Of a stretch of 64,000 nucleotides of DNA, positions 26,423 to 45,160 are shown piece after piece. The position numbers were made by a program, and so were the translations under genes. Source of the DNA: Eledone cirrhosa (Eukaryota); contig OZ024756.1 in assembly GCA_964016885.1 (NCBI GenBank), positions 28,210,001 through 28,274,000 on the forward strand, given 5' to 3'. The notes under the pieces are model-generated. The model saw only the letters and a program-made list of their open reading frames with translations, had not been told where the DNA came from and ran no database searches. Within the stretch, counting starts at the first letter, position 1. The number at the start of each line of letters is the position of its first letter.

Positions 26423-27794
26423 ATGTATGTATGTATGCATGCATGTATGTATGCATGCATGTATGTGTGTATGTATGTGTGTATGTTCGTTCTTCTGGTT
26501 TTATAATTTTATAAATTTTTAGCAATAGAGAGAGAGTCGGTTTCTAACATAGATACAAGACTCTCTCATTGGAATTTAAACAACATCAACTAGGTAGATA
26601 TGTATGTCTGCATGCATGCATGTGTGTGCAGGTATGGGTGTTATTGTATGTGTGGGTGTGTATGAGTTAAGTCTGCTAACGCATTACTACACGGTTGTGA
26701 AGAGAAAAACTTACTCATCATTATGATTGCCAGTATCGGTAGAAGATCGGACGCCATGCTTTGCAACATAGAGTTACGGCTCTTTATGATCTGAGTTCAA
26801 ATCCCGCCGAGGTTAACTTTGCCTTTCATCTTTAGGGGGTCGATAAAATGAAGTACCAGTAATGTACTGATATAATTGCTGGCCTTGTGTCAAAAGTAGA
26901 AACAATTATGACTATAACAAGGGCGGTGAATTGGCAGTAATCCGTGGAGCGTCGGGAAACATGCTCTGCAATATAGAGTTGAGGCCTTTGTGTTCTGGGT
27001 TCAAATCCCGCCGAGGTTAACTTTGTCTTTCATCCTTACGGGGTAGATAAAATAAAGTACCAATAACGTACTGGAGGTCGATTTAATCGACTTTTCCCTC
27101 CTCCAAATCCCCTTGTGCCTGAATCAGAAATCATTATGAAATGATCTGAGTTCAAATCCCGCCGAGGTTAACTTTGCCTTTCATCCTTACGGGGTCGATA
27201 AAATGAAGTACCAGTAACGCACTGGGTAATTACTGGCCTTGTGCCTAAAGTAGAAACAATTATGAAAACTAGCGGGATAAAAAATTATAAAACGGACGCT
27301 GTCTCACACTCCTTCCTTTATTATATTGTAGATAACTGTTTCTACTTTAGGCACAAGGCCAGCAATTACCCAGTGCATTACTGGTACTTTATTTTATCGA
27401 CCCCGTAAGGATGAAAGGCAAAGTCAACCTCGGCGGGATTTGAACTCAGATCGTAAAGGGACGTAATTCTGCTGGAAAGCATGTCGTCCGACCCTCTACC
27501 GATACTGCCAACCCAACGCCGGTGGTAGATAACAAAGATGAATTGGCAGTATCGGTAGAGGGTCGGACACCATGCTTTCCAGCATAGTTACGTCCCTTCG
27601 GTCTGAGTTTAAATCCCGTCGAAGTCAATTTTGCCTTTTATCCTTACGGGGTCAATAAAATAAAGTACCAGTAATGCACTGGGTATTTGCTCGCCTTGTG
27701 CCAAAAGTAGAAACAATTATAGATAACAAAAATAAATAGACTTGAAAAGTCAACCACCTCCTCGCTAACTTTTTTTCACATTTCTATTTTTCAG

Positions 27795-27940
27795 AACCAT
27801 GTGTGATTTTCCAAGTACAGTGACTTGTGATCCAGATATGAAAATGCATGCACTAAATGGAACGTGTAATAATGAAGGTTCACCTGCTGTAGGCAGTCTT
27901 ATGACTCCCTTTTCTAGATACATCTCTCATTTACCAACTG
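27795..27940 (+). CDS. Heme peroxidase-like gene exon (TMCDFPSTVTCDPDMKMHALNGTCNNEGSPAVGSLMTPFSRYISHLPT)
   Basis: TTTTTCAG acceptor, GTACGT donor; matches the N-terminal YRxxDGTCNN...WG...TPFxR motif; phase 2 to 1. Confidence 0.92.
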
Positions 27941-27974
27941 GTACGTGAGAAAATGATTTTTAATAATTTTTACA

Positions 27975-28457
27975 TACTCACACACAAATGCTCACATGCA
28001 CACATGCACACACATGTACAAACGCATACATGCTCACATGCACACGCACAAGTACACACGCACACACGCTCACATGCACACACATGTACACATGCACACA
28101 CACGCTCACATGCACACACACACATACACGCACACACATACACACATGCACACACGCACTCACACACACACATATCCACACACGCACACGTGCTCACATG
28201 CACACACACAACACACATGCTCACATGCACACACACATGCACACACACGCACGCACACACATATGCACACGCGCAAACATGCTCACACACATGCTCACAT
28301 GCGCATACTCGCACACGCGCGCACACACGTACACATGCACACACGCGCACACGCACGCACGCACGCACACACACACACACATGCTCACATGATCATACGT
28401 GCGCACGCACACACACACATACACACATGCTCACATGATCACACACGCGCACACACG

Positions 28458-28510
<53 letters not shown>
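27975..28510. repeat. Degenerate (CA)n tract
   Basis: Direct reading. Confidence 0.95.
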
Positions 28511-28515
<5 letters not shown>

Positions 28516-30359
28516 GCAACGAAGGATGCAAGAATGTGATGCAGGTTTTGTAATCCTACCTCATGTTACATCCAATTCCTCTTATTCATCCAACATGGCT
28601 ACCATCAGAGAGCTAAATTTAGTAACATATTCACAAACCGCATCTCCGCCAAATACCATATAGGATGAGTTGAAGATTTAAAAAAAAAAACCTCACCCAT
28701 ACTGTTTTATGTGATGTCACTCTCAAGTGCTACTGGTAACATGCAACCCAGTACAACCTGTCGCATGGTCGCGTCGTCGGCGACTAAACCACCAACCCCA
28801 CCAAGTTTACTTGATGAGGAGGGTGATTTTGGACACCCTGCAAGACAAAAAACAAAACCTGACAAAGGGCGGAAGAACTCATAAGAGTCAACAGCTATCT
28901 AAATAAAAAAAAATTTTGTTAATCCTGCCAAATCAATAGGTGGCAGTAGTTCCAACTGCACACACCGAAAGACTGGTGTAGTGGTTCTGAGAACAATGCG
29001 GCTTTGCAGATGATCAATGCAAATTGACAATGGAAAGGTGCTCCCGCTCGAGTTAGAGGAGAACTATTGACCTTCAGGAGAAGCAGCGACCCCTGATTGT
29101 ATTCAGGAACCGAAACAAATATGAAGTACACCAAATCCAATGCTCCTAGGGGCGCCCCTGGTTCTTCTTATTTGCGAGTGTAAACTCGGCCAGATTAGAT
29201 TAGAGACTGTCCCAAATCGTCTGTCGTGAGGGACAGTGGTCTTCTACCTTCATATTTCTTTCAGGTATTTCTCAGTATGGGAAATTGTCGTCTGCAATAT
29301 TTAGCTGGTAATTTATCTTATCGACCTGTGAAGGATGAAAGGCAAAGTTGACCTCGGCGGGATTTGAACTCATAACATAGAAAGACGTAAATAAATGCCA
29401 CAAAGCATTTTGTATGACTGTCTATCGATACTGCCAATCCATGGCCCTTGCAAATTAAAACATGCCCGTAAGAGGAAAATGCCTCGCGCGGTGAGGTGAC
29501 TGTTGCAGCGAGTGTCGCTGGTCATTGTCCGTGGGAATGCTTTTGGTGTCTTGTCCGCGTGACGCAGCCCCAACACCACCGTCTCCTAGGTCTTGAGCCC
29601 ATCACCTTCACCCTTCCTCCTGCCATGCTTCTGTGACCCCCGAGCCCTTGCCCTTCCCTTCATTTTCCGTTTTTAAATATCTGTAGAGTTGTTGTTATTT
29701 GAAATAGATTTGTTTATGATTTTTTTTTTTTTTTAATAAAATGTTTTTATATTTAGTTTACCAAAATAAAAATAAATAAATTTAAAAAATATATATAAAT
29801 ATTTTAAAGGCAGGCTTTTCCTCTATCCTAGACGAACATTCAAACTTTATGAAGTCATTCATTTTTAAAATGAAACATAAGAACAGAAAAGGCATAAATA
29901 TCCATTGCTATATTTGTTTAACCCTTTCACCTCTAAAAACCCAAATGGGGAGTACCATGAAAAAAAGTGCCCCAAAACGGGGAGAAATTAGGCAAACTGG
30001 GGAAATTTTACATAATGAAAGCTATACCCAATTTTCACAAGAGAAGACATCCTACACCCACCCAAAGTGGATGGGAGTTCTCCCCGTCGGACGGGGAGAG
30101 TTGGCAGGTCTGCTTTCGTGATCGCATTTCTAATTAAATAGACTCCAATTTTGAGGGATTTACTTAAATTATTAATTATTTCATTACTAAGATAGTCACT
30201 TAATATAAGATTCTTATATAGAATTATGCTGGAAAATTTAAATTTAAATTGGAAACCTTTAAAATGGGTGGCTTTATTTCATAGCCGGTTTTTCGTGGTT
30301 TTGGCTGGGTTGGTAACTAAATGGTTAAATACATATATCATTGTATCTCTTCGCTCTAG

Positions 30360-30539
30360 GTGGAACTGGTAACATTCCATTCAAGTCATTTTTTGGTTAC
30401 CCCTTACCTGATCCTCGAGACGTTAGCCTACAAGTGTTCCCCTGTCATGATGGCTTGGAATGTAGTACGACACATCTTTTTGCAATATTTGGAAAACTAA
30501 TCATTAAAGATTTGTTTTGTATTCGTACAGAAGAAGTAG
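30360..30539 (+). CDS. Heme peroxidase-like gene exon (...LPDPRDVSLQVF...THLFAIFGKLIIKDLFCIRTEEV)
   Basis: CTCTAG acceptor, GTAAGT donor; LPxxRxVS motif and the helix equivalent to WGQFxDHD; phase 1 to 1. Confidence 0.9.
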
Positions 30540-30619
30540 GTAAGTAACAATAAGAAATACCGTCTTTCTTTTACTGTTTCTTTTTACTTCCCTCGCTTTC
30601 TCTCTATTTAGTTTTCTCT

Positions 30620-34785
<4,166 letters not shown>

Positions 34786-35313
34786 GATATTAACAAATGG
34801 AAACTATATTTATAAAACCATATTTATTTTATTATACATATTTCAAGGATACCATGTTAAATAATTTGTAATTATTAATAGAGTCTCCAAATTGCAAAGA
34901 TTGCTATTTGGTGAAATGGAAGCGTTTCGATAGGAATCAGAATTCTTTAATTTACTCCAACAAATTGAGTATTTAATATTTTTCTCTTTTAAAGACCATA
35001 TTAATTGTGATAATGATGTAGAAATTTTTTTATCTGGATTAGAAAATGAATATTTATGATTGGAAAAGCGGAACTTAAAGTTCGATGAAGTGGCACCAAT
35101 GTAGTTATAAGTATTATTATTATTTGTCTTAATGGAACATTTATATACTAGATTCTTATCAAGGCAATTATTTTGTAAAGGGCATTCAGATTTCCTTCTA
35201 CAGTTACAATTGAATTCAATGTTATTTCTATAACCTAAACTATTCGTATTATCATTATTATTTCTAGGTGTTCTACTATTATTCGTATTTAAACTATTGT
35301 TATTGTTATTCAC
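34786..35313 (-). mobile_element. Penelope GIY-YIG endonuclease fragment with pLTR end
   Basis: CNCRRKSECPLQNNCLDKNLVYKC...YIGATSSNFKFRFSNHKYSF...TSLSQLIW...CNL. Confidence 0.9.
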
Positions 35314-35412
35314 ATTAACTAATGTATTTGCCTTTCATCCTTACGGGGTCGATAAAATAAAGTACCAGTAATGAACTGGGTAATTGCTGGCCTTGTGCCT
35401 AAAGTAGAAACA

Positions 35413-35450
<38 letters not shown>

Positions 35451-35559
35451 CGCTAATTATATGTTGGTTCAAATTAAGAATTTTACTATTAATTTTTGCC
35501 ATATTTTGAGCAATATTCATAGTTGTTGAATAAGAGAGTTTAACGGTGTGTCTATTGAA

Positions 35560-36672
35560 GATAGAGTAATACTTATGTGATCTAGGGAAATATTTATCGA
35601 AGGCTTTAAAAAATAAATGTGCTAAAGGTGTTTTAATAGCTAAAGATACTGGCGGAGCATACCAAATTATAGTGACGGGATTAATATCATTTTAACGGCA
35701 AGGCGAACCTTGATTGACTTTAATAATGATTTTTGGACTAGATCTGATAAGCAGAAGAATTTTGACATTACTATGGGCTCGTCCGATTCGGCGCAAGTTA
35801 CCGATCTTGTGGGAATTTTCATCCTTAATATGATAAATAGAAAACTGCCGGAGATTACCGATGGTTTATATAGAGACGACATATTATTTACTGTAGTTAG
35901 ACATAATAATAGCGAATTAAATAGAGTAAAGAAAGTAATTATAGAATTCTTTAAAAATTATGACCTGAAATTAGAAGTAGAAAATAACAATAAAATAGTT
36001 AATTTTTTAGATGTAACCCTTAATTTAAACTCAGGCCTGTATTACCCCTTCCATAAACTCAATGAAAGCTTAAATTATGTTAGCTTTTACTCTAATCATC
36101 CTAAAAGTGTTAATAATGCAATAGTCAATAGTGTCCACCAGAGAATATCCAGACTATCTGCTAATAGATCCATTTTTAATAATAAAGCTGGATATTATAA
36201 TGAAGCGTTACATAAAGCAGGATATAAACATAATATTGAATATTTAAAAAAAAATAATATTAATTATAAACACAGTATTCATAATAATGGTTTCTTATGT
36301 GGGCACAAGGCCAGCAATTTTGGTGGGAGGGAAAAGTCGATGAAACCGACCCCAGTGCGTAAAGTACCAGTCACGCGCTGGGTCGGTTTCATCGACTTTT
36401 CCCTCCCACCAAAATTGCTGGCCTTGTGCCTACATAAGAAACCATTATTATGAATACTGTGTTTATAATTAATATTATTTTTTTTTAAATATTCAATATT
36501 ATGTTTATATCCTGCTTTATGTAACGCTTCATTATAATATCCAGCTTTATTATTAAAAATGGATCTATTAGCAGATAGTCTGGATATTCGCTGGTGGACA
36601 CTATTGACTATTGCATTATTAACACTTTTAGGATGATTAGAGTAAAAGCTAACATAATTTAAGTTTTCATTG
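35560..36672 (+). mobile_element. Penelope reverse transcriptase fragment ending in a fold-back (36060-36360 vs 36373-36672)
   Basis: FDITMGSSDSAQVTDLVG, GLYRDD, VNFLDVTLNL, YVSFYSNHP and RISRLS are Penelope RT motifs; the C-terminal part of the ORF is an inverted SINE tail. Confidence 0.9.
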
Positions 36673-36945
36673 CTATATACCTATTTATTTTCTTCTTGCA
36701 TTCTTCTTACCTATATCTCGCTCCACATCCTCTTCTTCATTAAATTTAAGTCTATCATGTTATTATTTGTGGTATATAAATGTTGAGATTAGTTGTAATA
36801 AAACACTGCCAATACTGGAATTGAACCATCCAGACCGTTGAGGTATGTCATACATCAATTCATGTATTTTATCTGACGAGAACGTACTGAAAAAAAAAAA
36901 ACAGCACAGTACTTTCGAATATAATACAGTACCTTTAATATTCTG

Positions 36946-37466
<521 letters not shown>

Positions 37467-37972
37467 AACGAAAATAGAGAAATTAATGTAAGCAAAAGGC
37501 CGACAATAATTCAGACATATAAGTGACTATAACATCAAGATGAAAAATATTTAACGTAAGATACGGGATAAGTAATTCAATCTTAATTCAAAACAAGTCA
37601 AGAAGAAAAATTTCATCCTCAGACTTTGTGCAAGCTGGGGAAAAAATCAATAGAATCTTAACTCAAAATAAAATCAAGAAAGGATACTTAACCGTCAATT
37701 TGGGATAATCTACAAATGCACTATATAGTCTTAAAAGACTATTTCACGAAACTTTTCAGTGGGGTTAGTTACGGTATATATATTAATAAATGTGAAGACT
37801 AAAATCCAAAGAGGGATCGATAAAGATAAATATGTATCAAATATATAAGAACCCTAGAGCAAATATTTATTTCAGAAGATCCCGTTAAGGGCGAAAGTAG
37901 TGATTCTTTGCTTAAACTTTAATCTGTTATTTTAATAAATAAAAATATATATATATATATACATTTCCTTCG

Positions 37973-38008
<36 letters not shown>

Positions 38009-38043
38009 CGGGCGTAAAATGATGATGATATATATATGTATGT

Positions 38044-38101
<58 letters not shown>

Positions 38102-38140
38102 AGGATGATGATGATGATGATGATATATAAATATGTATGT

Positions 38141-38213
<73 letters not shown>

Positions 38214-38229
38214 CATACATACATATATA

Positions 38230-38875
38230 TATCATCATCATCATCATTTTACGTCCGCTTTTCCCTGCTTGCAAGGGTTGGACGGGTCCTATTCAGCACA
38301 GCATCTCTCCACTTGTCACGGTCCTTCGTCATCTCCTCGGTGAGTTTCAGCGATCTGAGGTCTGCTCTCACCACCTCCGCCCATATTTTTCGTTGTCTAC
38401 CACTACTGCGACTTCCTTCTACTGGGATTTCATGGCATTTACCCAGCGGTCATCCTCCATGCGCATCACATGTCCATACCATCTCAGCCTTCTCTCCTGC
38501 ACACCACAACTTATCCCTCTTATACCCAGTTTCTTTCTCAACACATCCATGCTTGGTCGTTCACGCACATTGACATTGCACATGCAACAGAGCATACTTG
38601 CTTCATTTCTCTCCAGCCGTCGCATATCTTCTGCAGATGCCGCCCATGTCTCACTACCATGCAGCATCGCGCATCTCACACAGGCATCATATAACCGTCC
38701 TTTCGTACGTAGGGCGAAACCCTGCTTTGTCAACAGAGGAAGCAGCTCCCTAAACTTCTTCCAACCCGTCCTTATTCTAGATACTATGGCCTCGGAAACC
38801 CCCCCCCCCCCTCCCATGCTAATCTGATCACCTAGGTACCGGAAGCTATCAACCACTTCTATAGAATCCACCTGT
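38230..38875 (-). mobile_element. RTE-clade LINE 3' fragment with (TGA)n tail
   Basis: IEVVDSFRYLGD...RIRTGWKKFREL...KGRLYDACVRCAMLHGSETW...RRLRWYGHVMRM. Confidence 0.9.
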
Positions 38876-39236
38876 ATTGGAAAAATGTGTCTATATATAT
38901 GTGTGTGTGTGTGTACAACAGGCTTCTACTATTTCCGTCCATATTTATGGCTATATTTATTAGAGATGATTTCCCTAAAATAGTAATACAGGTAAAATTC
39001 CGTTATAAAGAATACCATTATAACAAATGTTTTCAGTATAACGAATTTTTTTCTCAATCCCCGGCCACACGCTCGATGTGTTAGGTCGATTTCGTTATGA
39101 AGAATTTTTCGTTGCAACGAATTTTTTATACCCCGTGAATTTCTTTATAACGGAATTTCACTGTTATAAAAAAAAAACTCAGAAATCCTTATGAAGGTAA
39201 TTAACATACCCTTATAATTTGTTTCTTCTTTTTCAG

Positions 39237-39255
39237 CTGCCACATGCTGCCCTAG
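39237..39255 (+). CDS. Heme peroxidase-like gene 19-nt microexon (AATCCP)
   Basis: TTTCTTCTTTTTCAG acceptor, AG|GTAAAT donor; supplies the required phase 1 to 2 shift and the CC pair seen in this region of invertebrate peroxidases. Confidence 0.82.
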
Positions 39256-40294
39256 GTAAATAATCTTTTTTTTTTATTTTTACAGAAAGCGATTATCATA
39301 CTAAAGGGGATTTATTTTATACTTTGTATTCAGATGGTCTCGTAACTTCTGATAGAGTCGTAGGGGCGCCGTATTGACATACAGCGTTTCTTTGGCATTT
39401 TAAGCCTAGCGAAGCCCATCCCTCTCCAGATCTGGGTACAGCAGATTTCTTCCAGAGAAAGATAGAAAATGAGAGAGAGGAAATGAGAAAGAGATATAGA
39501 GGAAGAATCCACCCCAGTACTAGACTGATACTTTTATTTCATCGATCTCGAAAGTATGAAAGGTGGGATTTGAACTGAGAAAGCAGACAGCCGGAACGAA
39601 TACCATAAAGCATTCTATCTGACGTTTAACGCCTCTGCCAAAGCGCCACCTGCATTTTAATCTACACACTAAGATATTTATCATTAGCGGCGTATTTAAA
39701 GTCAATGTCCCCATTTAGCGGTCGATACAACTAAGCGGATTCTATACATTGAAACCTTACTTCTTTCTGTACCCTTCAACTCATTTTTAATGTCGAATCT
39801 TTTCAATTTATTTCAACAATAGCATATTTTTCAGAGAAGTACCGTTAACTAGGCGGCGAATTGACAGAGTCGTTAGAACGTCGGTATTCGTTCCGTCTCT
39901 CTTCTCTCTGAGTTCAAATCGCACCGAAGTCACCTTTGCCTTTCATCTATTCAAGGTCGATAAAAAAGTACCAGTCTAGTACCAATGTCGATTCTTTCTC
40001 TATATCTCTTTCTCACTTCCATTCTCTCACTCTCTCTCTATCCTTCTCTAGAAGAAACTTTCTGTATTCAGAACTAGAGAGTATTGGGCTCCGCCAGGTT
40101 TAAAAGTGTTTTAGGAACACGGTATTTCAATACGGCGCCCCTACGTTTCCTCCAGGATTTATCAGACCATACATACCATTAACTGGCTGAAAGGCAGTGC
40201 CTTACTGTCAGTGTGCTGTCCAGTATATATTGTACCAACAAATATATATATGGTATTAGTATTGGTGATCTGAAATGGTGATGTATACATGAAG

Positions 40295-40524
40295 GTATGT
40301 ATAATATATTTGGCAATATACTGTATGTTTATTTAAAAACATTTTGAAGACAATTCGCTATGAGTTTTAAAGTAGTGACTATGTCACTTACTTATTCACG
40401 GCAATGTTGATTTTTTGCCGTGAATAAGTAAGTGACATAGTCACTACTTTAAAACTCATAGCGAATGGTCTTCAAAATGTTTTTAATTAAGCATACAGTA
40501 TATTGCCAAATATATTATACATAC
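40295..40524. repeat. Fold-back palindrome, ~110-bp arms
   Basis: Arms read as reverse complements with a few mismatches; ~10-nt loop. Confidence 0.92.
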
Positions 40525-40940
40525 ATTCAAATATATATATATAGAATTCACAAGAATCAAAACTATGTTCAAAGCATTTATTCACTTACAATTGTTTCAT
40601 CCAAACCTAGGCTTGGAGTATTCGGAGCATTTTTCAATGTTTATACACATAATTGACCTCCTTTGATTCTTGTGAATTCTATATAACTGCTCTGTAGAAC
40701 AACTGATGTTATTACATTGAGCTATTTATCTTACTGGTAATAAGGTAGTAATAAATTACTGACCTTCACTGTTTTGGGGTTTAAAATATACATAACTATA
40801 AAAAGTTTTAATATATACATAACCATAAATAGTATCCCTAATATTATATATATATATATATAATTTATTAAAATAACAGATTAAAGTTTAAGCAAAGAAT
40901 CGAGCCCTCTTTGGATTTTAGTCTTCAATTTTATTATTAT

Positions 40941-41014
<74 letters not shown>

Positions 41015-41289
41015 TGTTAGTTCTTTCGTTGCTTTGGTATTGAGTGTTAGATTTTTCCTACCACAATGTTCAATTTGTCAAGCTATTTAAACGTATGTTA
41101 TTACTCTAAGGACCTACCTACCCTTGTCGAGTGCTTTGCTAACTCATTCATATCGTAGGTCGAATTTGCTTGCACACCGCCAAAGATTCGATTTTACTAA
41201 GCCTCCAATTATATATATATATATATATTAGAAAGTGAGGTTTTTTTTACAAAATGAAAAATAACCGAGGTGTCCTACACGAGTGAAAG

Positions 41290-41592
41290 TATAAAGAAAA
41301 AAAGATGAAATCCAAAATGCAACTGGAATCTTTTTTTTTTTTTAAATATATATATTTATTTGGTTCCTTTACCGGTTTCGCAGTTCTTCTGCTTTTCAAA
41401 AGTAAAGTTGAGATGGAGGGTTTGTGGTTTTTATCACATCAGATGTGAGAAAAACCACAGACCCTCCATCTCAACTTTACTTTTGAAAAGCAGAAGAACT
41501 GCGAAACCGGTAAAGGAACCAAATAAATATATATATTTTTTTTTTAAATAAGACTCCAGCTGCATTTTCGATTTCATCTTTTTTTCTTTATA
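41290..41592. repeat. Fold-back palindrome, ~150-bp arms, ending 70 bp upstream of an exon
   Basis: Centre TCACATCAGATGTGA; arms are reverse complements with some mismatches. Confidence 0.92.
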
Positions 41593-41661
41593 TATATATA
41601 TATTTCGTATTTCAAATTGTTTCAATTCTAAATTTAATAGCTTTCACATTTGAATTTTCAG

Positions 41662-41762
41662 CTGTCTCGGTATTAAACCCCAAATTTCTGACCCGCGTAA
41701 TTGTGGCCTTTGCATTGATTATTATAAACCATTTCTATCTACTGATATTCTCTGCACAGGTG
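41662..41762 (+). CDS. Heme peroxidase-like gene exon (SCLGIKPQISDPRNCGLCIDYYKPFLSTDILCTG)
   Basis: TTTTCAG acceptor, GTAAGT donor; C.pI....DP....C..f pattern; phase 2 to 1. Confidence 0.88.
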
Positions 41763-42177
41763 GTAAGTTAAAAGTTTTTTGCATATGAATTTATTTATTT
41801 CGGTACTTAGATGAAACCCCATCGATTAAACCAATTAAATAAATGCTAGAGTCCATATTATCAACTTTAAATCCTTCTACAGGTAAAATTCCATTATATC
41901 GAATACCATTATTACGAATTTTATTTTTCTGTATAACGAAATTTGTTCAAACAGGCTCGATGTGTGACCCTGAGCCAATCATCGGCGAAACTCACATAAC
42001 AGGTCGATACACGATAAATAACAAAACTTCATCGTTTTTATTAATACATGTGTGTGTGTGTGTGTGTGTTAGGTGTGTAATCACGGTTTCAGGCGGCGCG
42101 CTGCTCGACGCACTGAATGATGTTACGGGGTCCGTCTGATTTGGGTTGTATTACATTGTTTTTGCACTTATAAACTC

Positions 42178-42261
42178 GCATGTCTGACGAGATGTCACAA
42201 AAGAGTCGGGCCCCGTCAACTTGATTGTACCCTGATCGATATCGAAACGATTGTAATATGC
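42178..42261 (+). ncRNA. Type I hammerhead ribozyme motif
   Basis: GCATGT-CTGACGA-GATGTC...GATATC-GAAA-CGATTG-TA-ATATGC: intact core, 6-bp stems I and II. Confidence 0.72.
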
Positions 42262-42488
42262 CAATAAAAAAAAATATATATATAGTAATAATAATAAATG
42301 TGAAGACTAAAATCTGAAGAGGGCTCGATACGATAAGGATAATATATATATATATATATATATATAAACTGTAGAGCAAATATTTATTATGATAACAGAT
42401 CAAAGTTTAATTAAAGTTAAACAAGAGTTTTCAGAAGATCTCGTTAAGGGTGAAAGCAGCGATTCTTTGCTTAAACTTTAATCTGTTA

Positions 42489-42541
<53 letters not shown>

Positions 42542-42549
<8 letters not shown>

Positions 42550-43011
42550 ATAAATGGAAAACTATATTTATAAAACCATATTTATTTCATTATATATATT
42601 TCGGGGATATCATATTAACAATATGCTATGCCTTCATCAGACAAAATACAATATAAACAGTTTTATAGATAAATATATTCGACATACCGTAATAAACATC
42701 AACTTCATTTGAAGAGGTTCACTCTAGCAGTGAAAATACAGAGAGAAAGAAAGAGAGAGAGAAAAGAGGGAAATAAGAAAGAAAGAAAGACGAAACGAAG
42801 AAAAGGAAGAAAAAGAAGAAAAAGAAGAAATGCATGGGACAAAATAGAGAGATGGAAAAATAGATAAAGCGAAGAGCTTCATGTAAAGAGACCGAAAGAG
42901 ATATATATATATATATAGAGAGAGGAAATAGAGATAGATACATATATAAATATAGATATAGAAAAATTAGGTAGTGGGAGGTCATTTTGAGTAAGTGTAT
43001 CAATGATGCAT

Positions 43012-43046
<35 letters not shown>

Positions 43047-44271
43047 GCTCAAGTATTAATGTAAGGGAGATATAGAGAGATATAGAGAGATATAGAGAGA
43101 GAAAAATTTAAAAATAGCCAGACATATTCGAGGCGTAGAAAACCCTATGTTTTAATGTATTAGTATTTATAAAACTTACACTATATTGTAAATATCAGTA
43201 TTCCTGATAAGATTGTGTACATAGATAATGATAAACAAACTAAACAAAGTAACAACTTTTTTAATTATGGCAACAACATTAACAACTATAATAGAAAGCA
43301 TTACAATAATTCCAAAGGACAAAAAAGAAATAGAACTAGGAACATAATTTGGTTTGCCCCCCCTTTCTCACTAAACATTAAAACCCACATCGCTAAATTA
43401 TTTTTCAAAGCTCTTGATAATCGCTTCCCTAGAACACATAGGTACCACTCAATCTTCAATAGGCATACAATTAAATTAACCTATTCATCCACCAAAAATT
43501 TAGCACAAAATATTAATAGAATAAATAATAGGAACTTAAAAACTACTGATAATAGCATAAATAATATACAAGTTAACAAATGCAACTGTAGAGATAGATC
43601 TAAATGTCCGTTAAATAACAACTGCTTAGTTAAAAATATAGTATACAATTGTAATGTTAATACTGACTCTAATTCTTTTAACTACGTCGGTTCCACATCG
43701 ACGGAATTTAAACTTCGCTATAATAACCACAAGAATTCTTTCACAGATCCAAATAAAAAATCTTCAACGGCACTATCAGGTGTACTCTGGCAACTTAAGC
43801 TAGATAACGTTAGATATTCGACGGCTTGGAATATAGTCTCAAGAGGGATTCCTTTTAATTCATCCTCTGAGACATGTGACCTCTGCGCAGAGGAGATATT
43901 CTTTATACTAAAATCTAAAAATTCCCTTAACCTACGGACAAATTTATTCAGTTGTTGCAAACATAGATTAAACTCAACGTTTAAATATAAATTTAAATTT
44001 AAAATGTAGTATATTTAGTTTGATTTATATTTATATGAGAACTAGCCGATAAATCTTTTGATTCCTAAATCTTTGATTCCCTCTTTTTACTGTTTATTTT
44101 ATTGTATTTATTTTTATTTTTATTTTTTATTTTTATTTTTATCTAAACATTCCTCATGAAAAATTAAGCTACCCTAAAAGCCGATGCTCCAAATTTTATG
44201 AATTAACCTTACACTTGATAAACTTATATATTAAATATAGGAACATATGTAGACATTATTGGACATCATAA

Positions 44272-44306
<35 letters not shown>

Positions 44307-45125
44307 GATATTCCTTGCTAGATGTGATTTGATAGATAATTTTTGGCTTTGTCTTTTAGTGAACTTGGCAATATATTGTCAATTAACCTTGAAGGGTTGT
44401 TCTTTGTGGTTTATTTTTTATTTTTATTTTTATTTTTATTTTTATTTTTATTTTTATTTTTATTTTTATTCTTTTAGTATTGTAGTATTCTATAATATTT
44501 TTATATTTTTATTTTTTATTTTTTATTTTATTTTATTTTTATTTTTAATATTTTTATATGTAAAGTTTTAATACGTAATAATTTTAAAACATAGTATTTT
44601 TAATATGCAATATTTTTATTATGTAATATTCTTTCGTAATATTCTTTTTTAGTTTTCTATTCTATATTTTTATATTTTTATATATTTTTACTTATTATCA
44701 TTATTATTGTTATCTCTGCTTATAATATAATATATATTTTCGATTAGTATATTGAAATCTGCTCTCTATTTCTGCTTGATAGATAATCTTGTAGAGTAAT
44801 CGCAAGAATAATAATACGCTCAAATGTTTATACCACATTGAGAATGTTTTCCGGTAACTTTGAATTTGCGGAGTGAATCAGTTGGATTCACATAGACATA
44901 TGAATTTTTTAAAAAACTAAACATAAGATAATGAATTTTCACGCATTGTGAATACTTGTTTCATTCAGGAATACTGATATTTACAATATAGTGTAAGTTT
45001 TATAAATACTAATACATTAAAACATAGGGTTTTCTACGCCTCGAATATGTCTGGCTATTTTTAAATTTTTCTCTCTCTATATCTCTCTATATCTCTCTAT
45101 ATCTCCCTTACATTAATACTTGAGC

Positions 45126-45160
<35 letters not shown>

